Shown one piece after another: positions 1-12,100 of a stretch of DNA of 64,000 nt. The stretch comes from an uncultured virus (IMG/VR IMGVR_UViG_3300025087_000055) (lineage: Duplodnaviria > Heunggongvirae > Uroviricota > Caudoviricetes): IMG/VR virus record IMGVR_UViG_3300025087_000055. One strand, given 5' to 3'. The notes beneath the pieces were generated by a model. That model ran no database searches. It worked only from the letters and a program-made list of their open reading frames with translations, and was not told the origin of the DNA. Each line of letters opens with the position of its first letter. Position 1 is the first letter of the stretch. The translations under genes were made by a program, and so were the position numbers.

Positions 1-3000
1 GCTCCGCCACCGGTGGCACTAAATACAACACCATATTCAATCCATTGTACAATGTTTCCTTCTGTATCTGTTGCATTTACTGTCCAATTGTATGTTCCTG
101 CAGCTATTGTTTGTGCATCTGTGAAACTAGATTGTGGATTACCTGCGGGAGTTATCCAAGATGTTAAGAATTTATAAACCCAAGTTGTTGTTTCTCCATT
201 TAGAGTTTCTGCCGTTGTGCCAAATACTCCTGCTGTATGACCTGAATCATTTAAAGGATTAGTAAAATTAATTGGTGTTGTATCTAAAGTTACATTTCTC
301 GTTGCTAGGTTTACTAGATTATTTAAAGTATCATTAACAGTTACATTAAAATAATACTTATGTCCATTCGCGTTTAAGTTTGGATATTCTACATAATAAG
401 GACTTGTTGAACTTGTATTTGTATAAAGTAAAGACTGACTTCCATTATATAATCTAATAGTTATTGTATCTAATGCAATTACATTTACTTTAATTTTGTT
501 TGTATAAAGAACAATTGAACTATTATGTGTAGGTAGAACATAACTTGCACTTGGATTAGTAGAATCGTAAGTAATTGTGAAGTTTGTTAAATTAAAAGCA
601 CAAGAAGTGATATCACAAACAAAGTAGTTCCATTTGAATATGTCGTTGTATGGCAATATGACGGATAAGTTCATGCTATTACTTGTTCCTGTTTTAGATT
701 GAATTGTAGTATTTATTAAAGAATTTGTTGAATTCCATAAATAAAATGTTGAATTAACTAAAGCAATATTATCTGTAAATGTTGAATTAAAGGAATGCGT
801 TGCTGAAGTTGATTTTGTATTGTTTGTTGGAGAGATTAGATTAACAATAGGACTTGTTGTGTCGAGAGTTATTGTTCTCGTTTCTGTAGAGTTTGATAAC
901 CCAACTATATCTAAAACTGTTACATTGTATGTGTATATCCCATTTGGCAAAGAACTCCAGTTTAAATATAGTATTTGAGTCGAATAAAAAGTTGAATTAA
1001 CTAATGAAGTTGTGTTATAGAGATTGAAGGTTATATTCTTAAAATTTGTTTCGTTTATTGTTACATTAGATTCTATGTAGTTTCTTGATAGATTAACTCC
1101 TGAAGTTTGAGTTGGTGAAGTAAAAGATATTAATGGTCTAGTTGTGTCAAGAGTTATTGTTCTTGTAGAAGTTTGATTACATTGATTAGCTAAGTCGCAT
1201 ATTACTACATAGTAAGTCATAGTTCCGTCTGCTAATCCCGTATAATTATCTGCATAAACGTTTGGTGGTATTGAGTTTATATGAGAAACTCCATTTACCC
1301 AGAAGGTAACTGTATTTGGGTTGACTTCTGTCCAAGTTGTATTCAAATAAACATTGCTTTGAGATATATTTGAGTAATCTGGTAAAGTACCTATTCCCCA
1401 GTCTATTAATGGATAAGTGGTGTCAATTGTTACATTTCTAGTTATAGTGTTATTTATATTTCCAGCTAGGTCTATTGAGGTTGCATTGAAGAAGTATAAA
1501 CCGTCTGGTAAAGAGGTTACATTGATATAATTAGAACTTGATGTTGTTGTACTAGTATTTATTAACGCTGTTGAATTGTATAATCTAATTGTAATATTTA
1601 CTAAGTTAGTATCTGTAGAAGTTACATTAATTACAATATTGCTTCTGTTTAAATAAGCTCCCGCAGTCTCTGTTGGAGAGACAAATTGTATTAATGGCTT
1701 TGTAGTATCAATTAAAACAGTTCTTGTTTCTGTTGTATTCGTATTAGTCGCACTATCTGTTGCAGTAGCATTAAAGTAATATCTTCCATCAGGCATACTC
1801 GTTACATTGACATATAATGGAGAAGTTGTTGAAGTGTTTGTATAGAATAATCCTGTTGAATTATAGACATTAATTACAATACTCGCTAAACTTGTTTCAT
1901 CTGATGCTGTTACGTTTGCTTCTATATTGTTTCTATTTAAGTTTGTATTATTTGTTTCTGTAACTGGAACGAATTGAATTAAAGGTTTTGTTGCATCTGA
2001 ATAAACTATTGTGAAGTTTGAATTGTTCCATGCGTTATTATGTGAGGTATCGAATGTATTATAGTTCCAGAAGAATGTTCCTAGATATGGAAGCGTTAGT
2101 GATAGATTTGCTGTGTTTGATGTTCCTGTTATAGTTGTAAAGTTAGTATTAATTAAACTTCCTGTACTATTCCACAAATATAAAGTTGTATTCTTTAATT
2201 GATAATTATCTGTATGATTAGAATAGAAATAAACTAATGGTGATACTGCTGAACCATTCGCAGGAGAAAGAAGATAAACTTTGGGGATTGTTGTGTCTCT
2301 TACTGTTATATTCCAGGATTCTACTGCACTTGTATAGTTTGCATTTCCTGAATAATTTGTGCTTATTATGAATGTTCCTAAAGTGTTAAATGTTTGGGTG
2401 TATGTTAGATTATTTGTTGTTGAATAATTTAATTGAACTCCGTCTTGAGTTAGATTTAGAGAACCAAATAAACCTGTAATTAAACTTGAATTAATTAATA
2501 AATTGCTTCCAACTTCTAAAGTTATGTTTGCTCTTGAATTGTTTAAATATGTATAAACTACTCCATTTGCTTTTGAAATATGCGACCATCTTTCTATACT
2601 TGAAGGAGTTGTATAGTTTTCATGCGTGTTGAATATTACTGTAAAGTTATAATTTCCTACACTTAATAATCTTAATATATTATTCTGAGCAGTTATGTCT
2701 GCTCCATTTTCATATAGAGTAAATGTATTTGTTGAAGTAATAGAAACATTTGTCTGAACTCTATAGATTGCTGTTTGATTTCCTGCTGTTCCGTTGATTA
2801 ACAAACTTCCTGTTCCACTTGCTTTATTTATTGTATAAGTTCCATTTGATGTTGAATTTAAGTTTCCTAGAGAATCGTTTGCTATCCAATTGTAATTATA
2901 TGTTCCTGCTGCTAAATTTATTATTGATGTGTTGTATATACTTCCAGCTCCATTGCTTGTTGGATATAAAATATTTGAGAAGTTTAATAAGACTGTTCCT

Positions 3001-6000
3001 ATTGAACTTAGAACATCTGTAATAGTTGCATTGAATGAATATGTTGCTCCTTGAGAATAAGTTGCAGGGTCAGATGGATATTCATTTAAAGTATTTACAC
3101 TTGGCGGAGTATTATCGAAAGTTAAAGTGAAGTTTGTAGAGTTCCAAGAATTAAAACCTCCGTTATCAAATGTATTGTAATTCCATTTGAATACATCGTT
3201 GTAAGGAAGAGTGAATGAAAGATTTGTTGTATTGCTTATTCCTGTAATTGCAGTGTTATTTATTCCTATTATGCTTCCTGTTGAGTTCCATATTGTTAAG
3301 TTAGTTCCTATTAATCCTAAATCATCGGTATGATTTGCGTAGAAATAATTAACTGATTGGGTCGTCTTTGAATTATTTGATGGAGATAAAAGATAAACTA
3401 ATGGTGCAACGTCTGCTGGTGCTGAAGGGCATGATGTCGCATTCCAATAAACTGTTCCAACACTTCCACTTACTGAATTTGCAGATACATTAACTCCACC
3501 CGTTACTGTTGCATTTAAAACGCCAACATAATTAGCTCCATTTCCGCAATATACTGCTACTCTACCTCCGCCACCACCTCCTCCATTATAACTTCCTGCT
3601 CCACAACTTCCTCCTCGTCCTCCTGTTGCATTAATTAAAGTAGCGTTTCCTGCTAAGATACTTGCATTGATAAATATCCCACCACCTGAACCTCCACCAG
3701 AAGCAGCAGCATTACCACATGAAGTAAATCCATTTGTACCTCCAGATTGTAGAGTTCCATTTAAAGTTAATGTTCCAGATGTAGTTATCTTAATTAATCC
3801 TCCCCCTATTGCTGGAGGGTTTGTTGCTATCAAATAACCATAACCTCCAGTGCTACCCCAATCTAAAGGTCCTGCAGCTGTTCCATAAGCTGAACCTCCC
3901 GCCGCAGTATTTCCTGCACCACCTGCTCCTCCATAACCACCTCCTCCTGCTCCGCCTGTTAATGCTCCTTTTCCTGGACCACCATATCCATCACTACCAT
4001 GTTGAAGCCCAGTTGTTGCAGTACCAAAAGATACACTAGCGGGTCCTTCATAACCGCATCCAGTTAAATCTATTTTTGCTGTTGAAGGTATTACTAAATT
4101 TATTGCAGAAATGTTTAATGTGACATTTCCACCATAACATCTTAAATTCATATTATTTATATTTACATTATTTCCAAAAATCAAATCTGTCTTATTTCTC
4201 AAACTTTGATTAACATTGTTAAATGTTATATTCACATTCATAAAATTCCATATAAAAGTATTTCCACCTGTTGTGTGGAATGTAGTATTTACATCATCTA
4301 TTTTAGTCTGCCAACCACCAGCTATATAAGCTTCCGTATTATTATACAATATGAATGTTCCTGCTTCTCCAGAAGCTGCAGGAGATACTCCTGTTCCGCC
4401 TTGAACATTACTAGGAGATGGGTTAAATGTAGATGTTAAATATGATATAGCAACTCTTCCTCCAGAACCTCCTCCTGCTTTATATATTCCTGAACCGCCT
4501 GCTCCTCCCTTTGCAAGAATACTTCCATTTCCTATTAAATTAGTTGTATTAATATAAATAGAACCTCCAGAACCTCCTCCTGATGCTTGTGCGTTTGGGT
4601 CGTTAGGAGCTCCATCTGTTCCACTTACATTAATATTTCCATTCATAGTTAATGTATCTGTTGCAAATATTCTAATTAATCCTCCTCCATGTCCTCCTTG
4701 AGTAGTCCAACCACAATTTCCTCCAGAACCATAATCGTTTGGATTTAAGAATGAACCATAAGGAAGTCCGAATCCTCCATTAAATCCAACTCCACCTAAT
4801 CCACCATATCCTGCCGAACCACTTTGAGACCCAGCAGCTTCTGCTCCAGGACCAATACCTTTACAAACAGATAATGCGGAAACACCACCTTGATAACCTA
4901 ATCCAGATACATCTATTTTTCCTCCAGAATTAACCGTTAAATTATTTGTATAGATTGTGATATTACCTCCTTTGATATATCCACCAGAAAGAATTGTTAT
5001 CGTAGAGAAATTAAGTACAACCGAAGTTTGATTATTTGTATTTGTAATATATCCAGAGCTATTAATAATTAAATTTCCAGTTCCGTTTATTAATTCCCCA
5101 TTAGAGAAAGTATAGCCTGCATTTAAGTTACAAGTGGTTTGTAAATCTCCAGTTGTACAAGTTGCATCTGTAAATGGGTCTATCTCTACAGAGTTAGTTG
5201 TAGTATTTAATTCTCCTAAGAAAGTTACTTTTAATTGTGTAGCTCTTGTTAAATTATAAACACAATTTGGAGAGAACCTTAAAGATTGATAAGTATTATT
5301 TGTAGTTATGTTTAATTCAGAATTAAAAGAAGAGTTAGTTAAAGTATCATACTTATTATCACAAATATCTCCAAGCCTTATCTTAGCTCTGTTTCCCCCT
5401 GCATCGGTATAAAAGTCATTACCTAATCTATTCAATTGTGTTGGAGAATCATAAGTAAATTGATAAGTATCATTTGTGAATCCAAATGTGTCTGTTGCTT
5501 TTATTTTATAAGTTTGATTATCGAAATAAGCTGTTAATCCTATTGGATTCTCCCAATTGCCATTTAAATATTTCTTTAAAGACACATTCATATTAAATAT
5601 GCCAGAATTATCTATTGAATATTGGATAAATGTTGTATCATTATATAATGCAACTGAACTTGTATTCCCTAACTTAACACAATCATCTATATTAACAGAA
5701 GCAGCAGAAGTTAAATCTAAATCATATCCATTTAGTTTAGTTCCATTGCCTAAATCTACTTTAGCACTTCCCCATGCAGAAGTTAAGTCTTTATTCTTAT
5801 CGTCTTTGATTACTGTTCCATTACAATTATAAATAGTTTTAGCTCCGTCATTTGTATTAGTTGCCCAACCTAAATGAGTTTTCTTATCGCTTCCATTCAT
5901 TGCATAGAATTTATAATTTGCTTCTGCTCCTGAATGTTTGACTAGATTCCATTTTGGAGTTGAGTTTAGAATTTGGATACGGGAGGAAGGGTCTGAGGGA

Positions 6001-6146
6001 TTGAATGATTGATTGCCTATGGCTATTACGGAGAAGAGATAAAGAAATGCGATTATTATTGCTATAAACGATGTTATGTATACTGCTCTTACTTTAGCAG
6101 ATTTATTTTTAAATGAACTTATTAATAAAAGTGATTTTAAAGTCAT
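1..6146 (-). CDS. Giant membrane-anchored surface glycoprotein (>2048 aa, 3' end outside the window) with two Gly-rich GGGSGG modules and many Ig-like repeats
   Basis: Manual translation from ATG 6146 (MTLKSLLLISSFKNKSAKVRAVYITSFIAIIIAFLYLFSVIAIG...). The same frame reads sensibly at 2822 (TINKASG) and at the window edge (...WIEYGVVFSATGGG). Absent from the ORF track, consistent with no stop in the window. Ig-like repeats (TETRTxxIDTTxPxIxFVSPT) are shared with the neighbouring giant ORF. TATA TTTAAATA at 6166-6173. Confidence 0.9.
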   Translation of the reverse strand, partial: MTLKSLLLISSFKNKSAKVRAVYITSFIAIIIAFLYLFSVIAIGNQSFNPSDPSSRIQILNSTPKWNLVKHSGAEANYKFYAMNGSDKKTHLGWATNTNDGAKTIYNCNGTVIKDDKNKDLTSAWGSAKVDLGNGTKLNGYDLDLTSAASVNIDDCVKLGNTSSVALYNDTTFIQYSIDNSGIFNMNVSLKKYLNGNWENPIGLTAYFDNQTYKIKATDTFGFTNDTYQFTYDSPTQLNRLGNDFYTDAGGNRAKIRLGDICDNKYDTLTNSSFNSELNITTNNTYQSLRFSPNCVYNLTRATQLKVTFLGELNTTTNSVEIDPFTDATCTTGDLQTTCNLNAGYTFSNGELINGTGNLIINSSGYITNTNNQTSVVLNFSTITILSGGYIKGGNITIYTNNLTVNSGGKIDVSGLGYQGGVSALSVCKGIGPGAEAAGSQSGSAGYGGLGGVGFNGGFGLPYGSFLNPNDYGSGGNCGWTTQGGHGGGLIRIFATDTLTMNGNINVSGTDGAPNDPNAQASGGGSGGSIYINTTNLIGNGSILAKGGAGGSGIYKAGGGSGGRVAISYLTSTFNPSPSNVQGGTGVSPAASGEAGTFILYNNTEAYIAGGWQTKIDDVNTTFHTTGGNTFIWNFMNVNITFNNVNQSLRNKTDLIFGNNVNINNMNLRCYGGNVTLNISAINLVIPSTAKIDLTGCGYEGPASVSFGTATTGLQHGSDGYGGPGKGALTGGAGGGGYGGAGGAGNTAAGGSAYGTAAGPLDWGSTGGYGYLIATNPPAIGGGLIKITTSGTLTLNGTLQSGGTNGFTSCGNAAASGGGSGGGIFINASILAGNATLINATGGRGGSCGAGSYNGGGGGGGRVAVYCGNGANYVGVLNATVTGGVNVSANSVSGSVGTVYWNATSCPSAPADVAPLVYLLSPSNNSKTTQSVNYFYANHTDDLGLIGTNLTIWNSTGSIIGINNTAITGISNTTNLSFTLPYNDVFKWNYNTFDNGGFNSWNSTNFTLTFDNTPPSVNTLNEYPSDPATYSQGATYSFNATITDVLSSIGTVLLNFSNILYPTSNGAGSIYNTSIINLAAGTYNYNWIANDSLGNLNSTSNGTYTINKASGTGSLLINGTAGNQTAIYRVQTNVSITSTNTFTLYENGADITAQNNILRLLSVGNYNFTVIFNTHENYTTPSSIERWSHISKANGVVYTYLNNSRANITLEVGSNLLINSSLITGLFGSLNLTQDGVQLNYSTTNNLTYTQTFNTLGTFIISTNYSGNANYTSAVESWNITVRDTTIPKVYLLSPANGSAVSPLVYFYSNHTDNYQLKNTTLYLWNSTGSLINTNFTTITGTSNTANLSLTLPYLGTFFWNYNTFDTSHNNAWNNSNFTIVYSDATKPLIQFVPVTETNNTNLNRNNIEANVTASDETSLASIVINVYNSTGLFYTNTSTTSPLYVNVTSMPDGRYYFNATATDSATNTNTTETRTVLIDTTKPLIQFVSPTETAGAYLNRSNIVINVTSTDTNLVNITIRLYNSTALINTSTTTSSSNYINVTSLPDGLYFFNATSIDLAGNINNTITRNVTIDTTYPLIDWGIGTLPDYSNISQSNVYLNTTWTEVNPNTVTFWVNGVSHINSIPPNVYADNYTGLADGTMTYYVVICDLANQCNQTSTRTITLDTTRPLISFTSPTQTSGVNLSRNYIESNVTINETNFKNITFNLYNTTSLVNSTFYSTQILYLNWSSLPNGIYTYNVTVLDIVGLSNSTETRTITLDTTSPIVNLISPTNNTKSTSATHSFNSTFTDNIALVNSTFYLWNSTNSLINTTIQSKTGTSNSMNLSVILPYNDIFKWNYFVCDITSCAFNLTNFTITYDSTNPSASYVLPTHNSSIVLYTNKIKVNVIALDTITIRLYNGSQSLLYTNTSSTSPYYVEYPNLNANGHKYYFNVTVNDTLNNLVNLATRNVTLDTTPINFTNPLNDSGHTAGVFGTTAETLNGETTTWVYKFLTSWITPAGNPQSSFTDAQTIAAGTYNWTVNATDTEGNIVQWIEYGVVFSATGGG

Positions 6147-6177
6147 GGTTTTTAAAGGTTTCGGTTATTTAAAAACA

Positions 6178-9100
6178 TTACCCAATTACCTCCTTTACAA
6201 GATTACTTAATACTTTTTTATTTCTTCTATTCTTTCTAATAACAAATGCAAAAATTAGAATTAAAGCTAAAAATAATAAAAGATACCCGGGCAATCCGAA
6301 TGAGTTAATATATCTTAAGTTTATGGCTCTTATTGTAATCGGTTGAAAAATACTATTTCCAACTATGTCAACGTAATTTGCTTTTGCATTCAATGTTTTA
6401 AATGTGAATACTTTATCACTTTGCAGTTTATAACTTATTTCTGCCGAAGTTCCTTGTGTTATATTTACTGAAAATCCTCGCTCTCCTTCAACTATTCTTG
6501 CATCTTTTAATTCTCTGCTAGATGTTACTTTTGTTGTAAACGTATCAGAAAAAATAATCCAGAAAGTATCTAAATTCTTCGGCGTTATAATAAATTCTTC
6601 TCCTAAAAGTTTAACTATTGCCTCAACTAGCTTATATTTATCTGAATCTGTCTTTAATACATTTATATTTTCAAGAGAATCCGTATTATATCGGTCTATC
6701 CATTTTAATATCTCTGAAAAAGGGATATCAACATTCTGGGAAACGAGTCGAACATTTAATTGCTCAAGTGATTGATTGGTCAATATACAACTATCCTTGC
6801 TTAAAGAACTATTTGCACATATTTCTATTATTCTAGCGTAAAGTATTGCTCTATTTAATGGAGGTGTTAATGTTATTACTCCTTCTAATGGCTTCAATGC
6901 TACTACTGATACTGTTGCTCCCTTTGTACTTCCCCCTCCACCTCCAGAGATAGCAGTAGAGGGTACTGTAGTAAATAATTCCGTATCAGAATTCTCATTT
7001 CCTAAAAGGTCTATAGCCCATATTGTAAGATTGAAAGTATCGTAATCTGAAACGGTGGCTGATTTCAACACATTACAACTAAATGAAACATTGTTATTCA
7101 ACCCATCTACATTACCTAATTGGTCAAAAATTGAATATTTACATGAAACTAAATGTGCATCACTTTCAGTACTACTAAATGATATTGTCTGGCTTCCTTG
7201 TGTTGTTGATATTGAATCTATAGTTATATTTGGCGGTGTTGAATCTATTATAAAAGTATAATTGTTTGCTGAAAATCTACTTTTTCCTACAGTATTGGAA
7301 CAGAAGATATTCCATATATAATCCCCATCTTGTGTGATATTATAAGATTCTGATGCCATTACATTGGAAGAAATGTCAAATCTTGTCTTATTTAGTGAGA
7401 AACTTCCATTGATGTTGTGCCATATCTGGCATAGTGCGATATCATTTGGGTCTATTGCTGTCCAATTTAGATATACCACTCTGCTTGAATTATAGAGAGT
7501 ATAATTTTGTGGAGAATTGAGATTTATAGCTGGAGCATCTAAAGAGATAACAAAATTATTAGATGTTTGATTTGTATTTCCCGCTCTGTCCGAGAAAAAG
7601 ATATTTATAGTATGTGGTCCTTCACTAGAACTAAATGTTGTATTTGCACAATTGGCTATGCTAACATTTACTCCATTATCTATATTATAACTACAATTTC
7701 CTGCTCCACTAAGATTATCAGAGATACTTATATTAATAGGCAGAGAAGTGTTTGTAGCAAATTCTTGTCCATTAATAGGAGAATTTACAACAATTGAGGG
7801 GGAAGTTAAATCTACATAGAAATAGGTAATATTTGATTTTATGTTGCCGGCTGTGTCGTTTGCGTAGACTGTTATGTTAACTAAAGATTCTTGCCAAGTA
7901 TTTCCTGTTAGATTAGTATTGCATGAAATTGAGTTATTTACTATTCCAGTATTATTACTCCACCAACAAGAATCTAAATGCAAATCAGATACAGAATAAT
8001 TTATATCTATCTGTACATAATTATATGCTGAATTATTTAATGGAGACAATATATTTATAACTGGAATTATGGTGTCTATAGTTATGTTTCTAGTTTCTGT
8101 TGAGTTTTTATTATTCGCCTTGTCATAGATACTTATATTGTAATAATAAGTGTTATCTGTTAATCCTGTCCAATTAATTGTTCTTTGTTGGGTAGAATAT
8201 ATAGTTTTGTTAACCAAAGAAGTACCATTATATAAATAGAAAGTTATATTATTCTCATTTATTTCTGTAATTGAGACATTAACAAAAATATTAGTTTGCG
8301 AAATTATTGTTGAAGAATTTAATGTCGGGGAAACAAATGATATTAAAGGATTTGTTGTGTCTATAGTGATTGTTCTTGTTTCTGTGGAATTCTTATTTCC
8401 TAAAGTGTCGTTTGCTGTTGCGTTAAAGTAGTAAACCCCATCTGACAATGCTGAATAGTTAATATAAAATGGAGAGACTATTGAAGTATTAGATTGAATA
8501 TTATTCTCAGTTGAATTGTATAGATTAATAATTAAATTAGAAAGATGCACATCACTTGCTGTTACATTTATTAAAATATCTGTTTTAGCTAAATATGAGT
8601 TGTTTGTTTCTGTTGGAGAAACGAATTGAATTGCTGGAATTATGGTGTCTATAGTTAGAGTATTATTTGTCGTTGCGAATTGATTACCTGCAAAGTCAAA
8701 TAGATTATAGAACCAATTATATATTCCATCAACTAATACTATTACAATACCTACTACTTTCTGTAATTCTCCAGTTAAAGTAGTTGTAGTTTGATTAATT
8801 AGTGAATTTGTTGAATTATATATATTTAGAGTTGCGTTTTTTAAACCTGATAATGAATCTGTCAGATTTGCAGTAAAGTTATTTGAAGTATTTATTGTTA
8901 TGGTATTATTTATTGGTGTTAACAAAGTTGCATTTGGGTTAGTTCTGTCTAAAGTGATTGTTCTTGTTTCTGTATTTTCTAAATTACTGGAAGTGTCATC
9001 TGCAGTTGCATTGTAATAATATATTCCTTCTGCTAGCCCGGTGTAATTAATATAGAATGGTGAAGTTGAGCTAATATTTGAATACAAGAGTGATGTTGAA

Positions 9101-12100
9101 TTGTAAAGATTAATAGTAATATTGTTTAGATATAAATCGGTTGAAGTTACATTTATAATAATATATGCTTGACTCTTATTAACTCCAGTATTTTCGGTTG
9201 GAGTGACGAAGTTTATTATAGGATTACTTGTATCTACTAATGAGAATGTAAATATGCTAGAATTAAACATTGTCCCTAAAGAATTATTGCATTGAGCATA
9301 CCACATATGCGTTCCCAAAGCAGTAATTGTTTTATTTGTTTCAATTGTAGTATCTATAATTGGTGAATTAAATGTTTGATTTAAAACACTATCCAAGACA
9401 AAATTACAAGCACTAGCAGTTCCATTAGTATAACTAAATTGAAAAGTTGTATTTTGAGTTTCAAAAGAATCAAAATCGGGTGGATTAATTAAACTTACAA
9501 CTAAGTTTTCAGGAGTTATTCCTAATATTGTTATATTCTGTGTTAAAGTTTGATTAGAATTTCCCGCATCATCATAGAATATCCAATAATACCTATAATT
9601 TCCAGTAAACATTCTACTTGAATTAAAAGCAGTATCTATAAGTGGTGAAGTGAAGTTCTTAGTTATATTAATCCAGCTTCCACTAAAGTTGTTTGCAAAC
9701 TTATAGTAAGATAGATTTAGATTATCTTGTGCATTTACACTAAAGTTTACCATAGTGTTATTATATATATCTCCAGAAGGAACAACTGCTAAATCTGAAA
9801 ATGTTGGAATATCATTATCAATCTGCACGCTCATTGTATTAAACATTCTATTTTGTTTCGGAGATGCTGAATCATTTGCATAAAATCCAACTTGCCATAA
9901 TCCTGTAGTACTTCCAGATAAATTTGAAGTCATATTCCAAAGAGTCCACGCGCCTGCCAAACTTAATTGCCCTAATTCTAAATTCATTGGAACCAATTCA
10001 ATTGTGGTGTTTATCAAAGAGAGATTAATCCAACTTTGATTCATTCCTGCTCCGCTTCCATCTGTAACATTTATCTTTAGAGTTATATTCTGTCCATTCC
10101 TTACCGACATTTGACCGTCTGGATAGATAACTATCTTACCATTTACATCTAAAATTGGAATAAGTCTATCTATAACATAATGCATTGAAACTGCTGTAGT
10201 ATTACAATTTCCAACATTATCACAAGCAACAATTCTAACATCATATCCTTCTGAAGAATTAGAGTAAAATAAATCTGTAACATTCCATATACAATTAAAT
10301 GGGTCACTAAGAGCATTACAGGTTGAAAAATTAGTATATGATAATGTGGAATTTTTATATTGGATACTAGCATAATTTACTCCATTAGTATCAATTGCTG
10401 TTCCATCAATAACTACCAATCCATTTACAAATGTATTGTTTGGTGGGGATAATATAGAATTTGTTGGCGGAGTTAAATCTATAATTAATTTTCTTGTTTC
10501 TGTGTTATTTACATTTCCAACTGTATCATTAATATAAGCAGTAAGATTATGAGTACCATCCGTTAATCCAGTAATAGTTATATTGCAAGTATAAGTTGGG
10601 GAACCATTACAACTCATAGTATAATTTGTATTGTCTAATTTCAACCATGCCGTATCTCTGTTTGGTTCTGTTCCAGTTACGTTTGCATTTAGTGTAGTTG
10701 AAGCCGTCACTGTTCCATTGTTTGGTGTAGGGCTTGTAAAGTTAATTACCGGATTAATATAATTAGTGTTTATTATCCAAGTTTGATTAACTTTGTAGTT
10801 ATTTGAATCATTTGCAACTAAAGTAACATTTGTCTGCCTTTGTGTAAATATCCAATTAAATATATTCTGTGCAAATCCAGATAACTTGCTTACTCCATCA
10901 ACAAACCAATCATACCAAAGATTTGCTTGTGGGGTGTCTTCGTCTGTTAGATTTGCTACCGTTGTAATGTTTGCTACTTCTTGGAAGGTTGGATTTGTTA
11001 TTGAATATAATGACTGTATTTCTAATGCTGACAATGAACGATTGTAAATTCTCACTTCGTCTATTGTACCATTAAATCCTCTGCCAGAATGTTGTGGATT
11101 TTCTCCAATAGTTAATATCTCATTTGTTGTTTCCCCCCATTCCTGTAAATCAGTAACCCAATCAGTAAGTCCGCTTCCCTGCACAGAAATTGTTTTTTGA
11201 ACTCCATCAATATATAACGTTGCGTTAGTTCCTCTTGTACCATTATGTGTTACAGCGTATTGATGCCATGTCGTTTTAGGAGAATGTGATGCAGAGAAAG
11301 CTATAGTATTTCCAAGTAATGAACCGGAACTATTAAAAACTTGGACAATAAACTGAAAAGTTGATGGGGCAATAGCTATTAAAAATCCAGAACAAGTTGA
11401 GCCAAAAGCATTACATCCAGAATTACTTCTTTGATTAGATAATAAATATGATTCAGAATTTGATGTATTTTCGCTTCTCCTCGCCCACCCAACAAATGTA
11501 AACGGTTTGTCACTTATATTTCCATATTTATATTGCGAAACTGTTCCTATTAGAATCCTCTTTGTATTGTTATTTCCGCTAAAATCAAATGCACCACCAA
11601 TTACTTTATCAGTATCTGTCCAATTTGGTTTAATAACTGAGAATGTGGCATTTCTTACTCCCGCTTTATCTATTACTAAGTCTGTTCTATTTTCATCAAA
11701 TGTCCAATATCCAACTAACCCAGAGGTTGTATTAATAATATCTCCATTCCTTGAATATGAAGTTGAGAAATTAGAAATATTTATATTATTAATTTTTGGA
11801 GTGAATGTTAAGTTGAATTGCACTGTTGAACTATTTAAGTTGCCTGCGGTGTCGTTTGCGTAGATTGTTATGTTATTATTTCCTGCAAGAGCAATAAATG
11901 AAGTGTTTCCTGTGAAAGTTATATTGCTAGCACCATTGAGAGAATAAAATCTCTTATCTAAGTATGTGTCGGAAATAGTAACATTCAATGATATATTATA
12001 AGTATAAATATCTTTATAGTTTTTTGATGTTGGAGATGTAACGGTCAAAGACGGAGATGTTGCATCTATAGTAATAGTGTTATTTTGAGTAGTGAATGAA

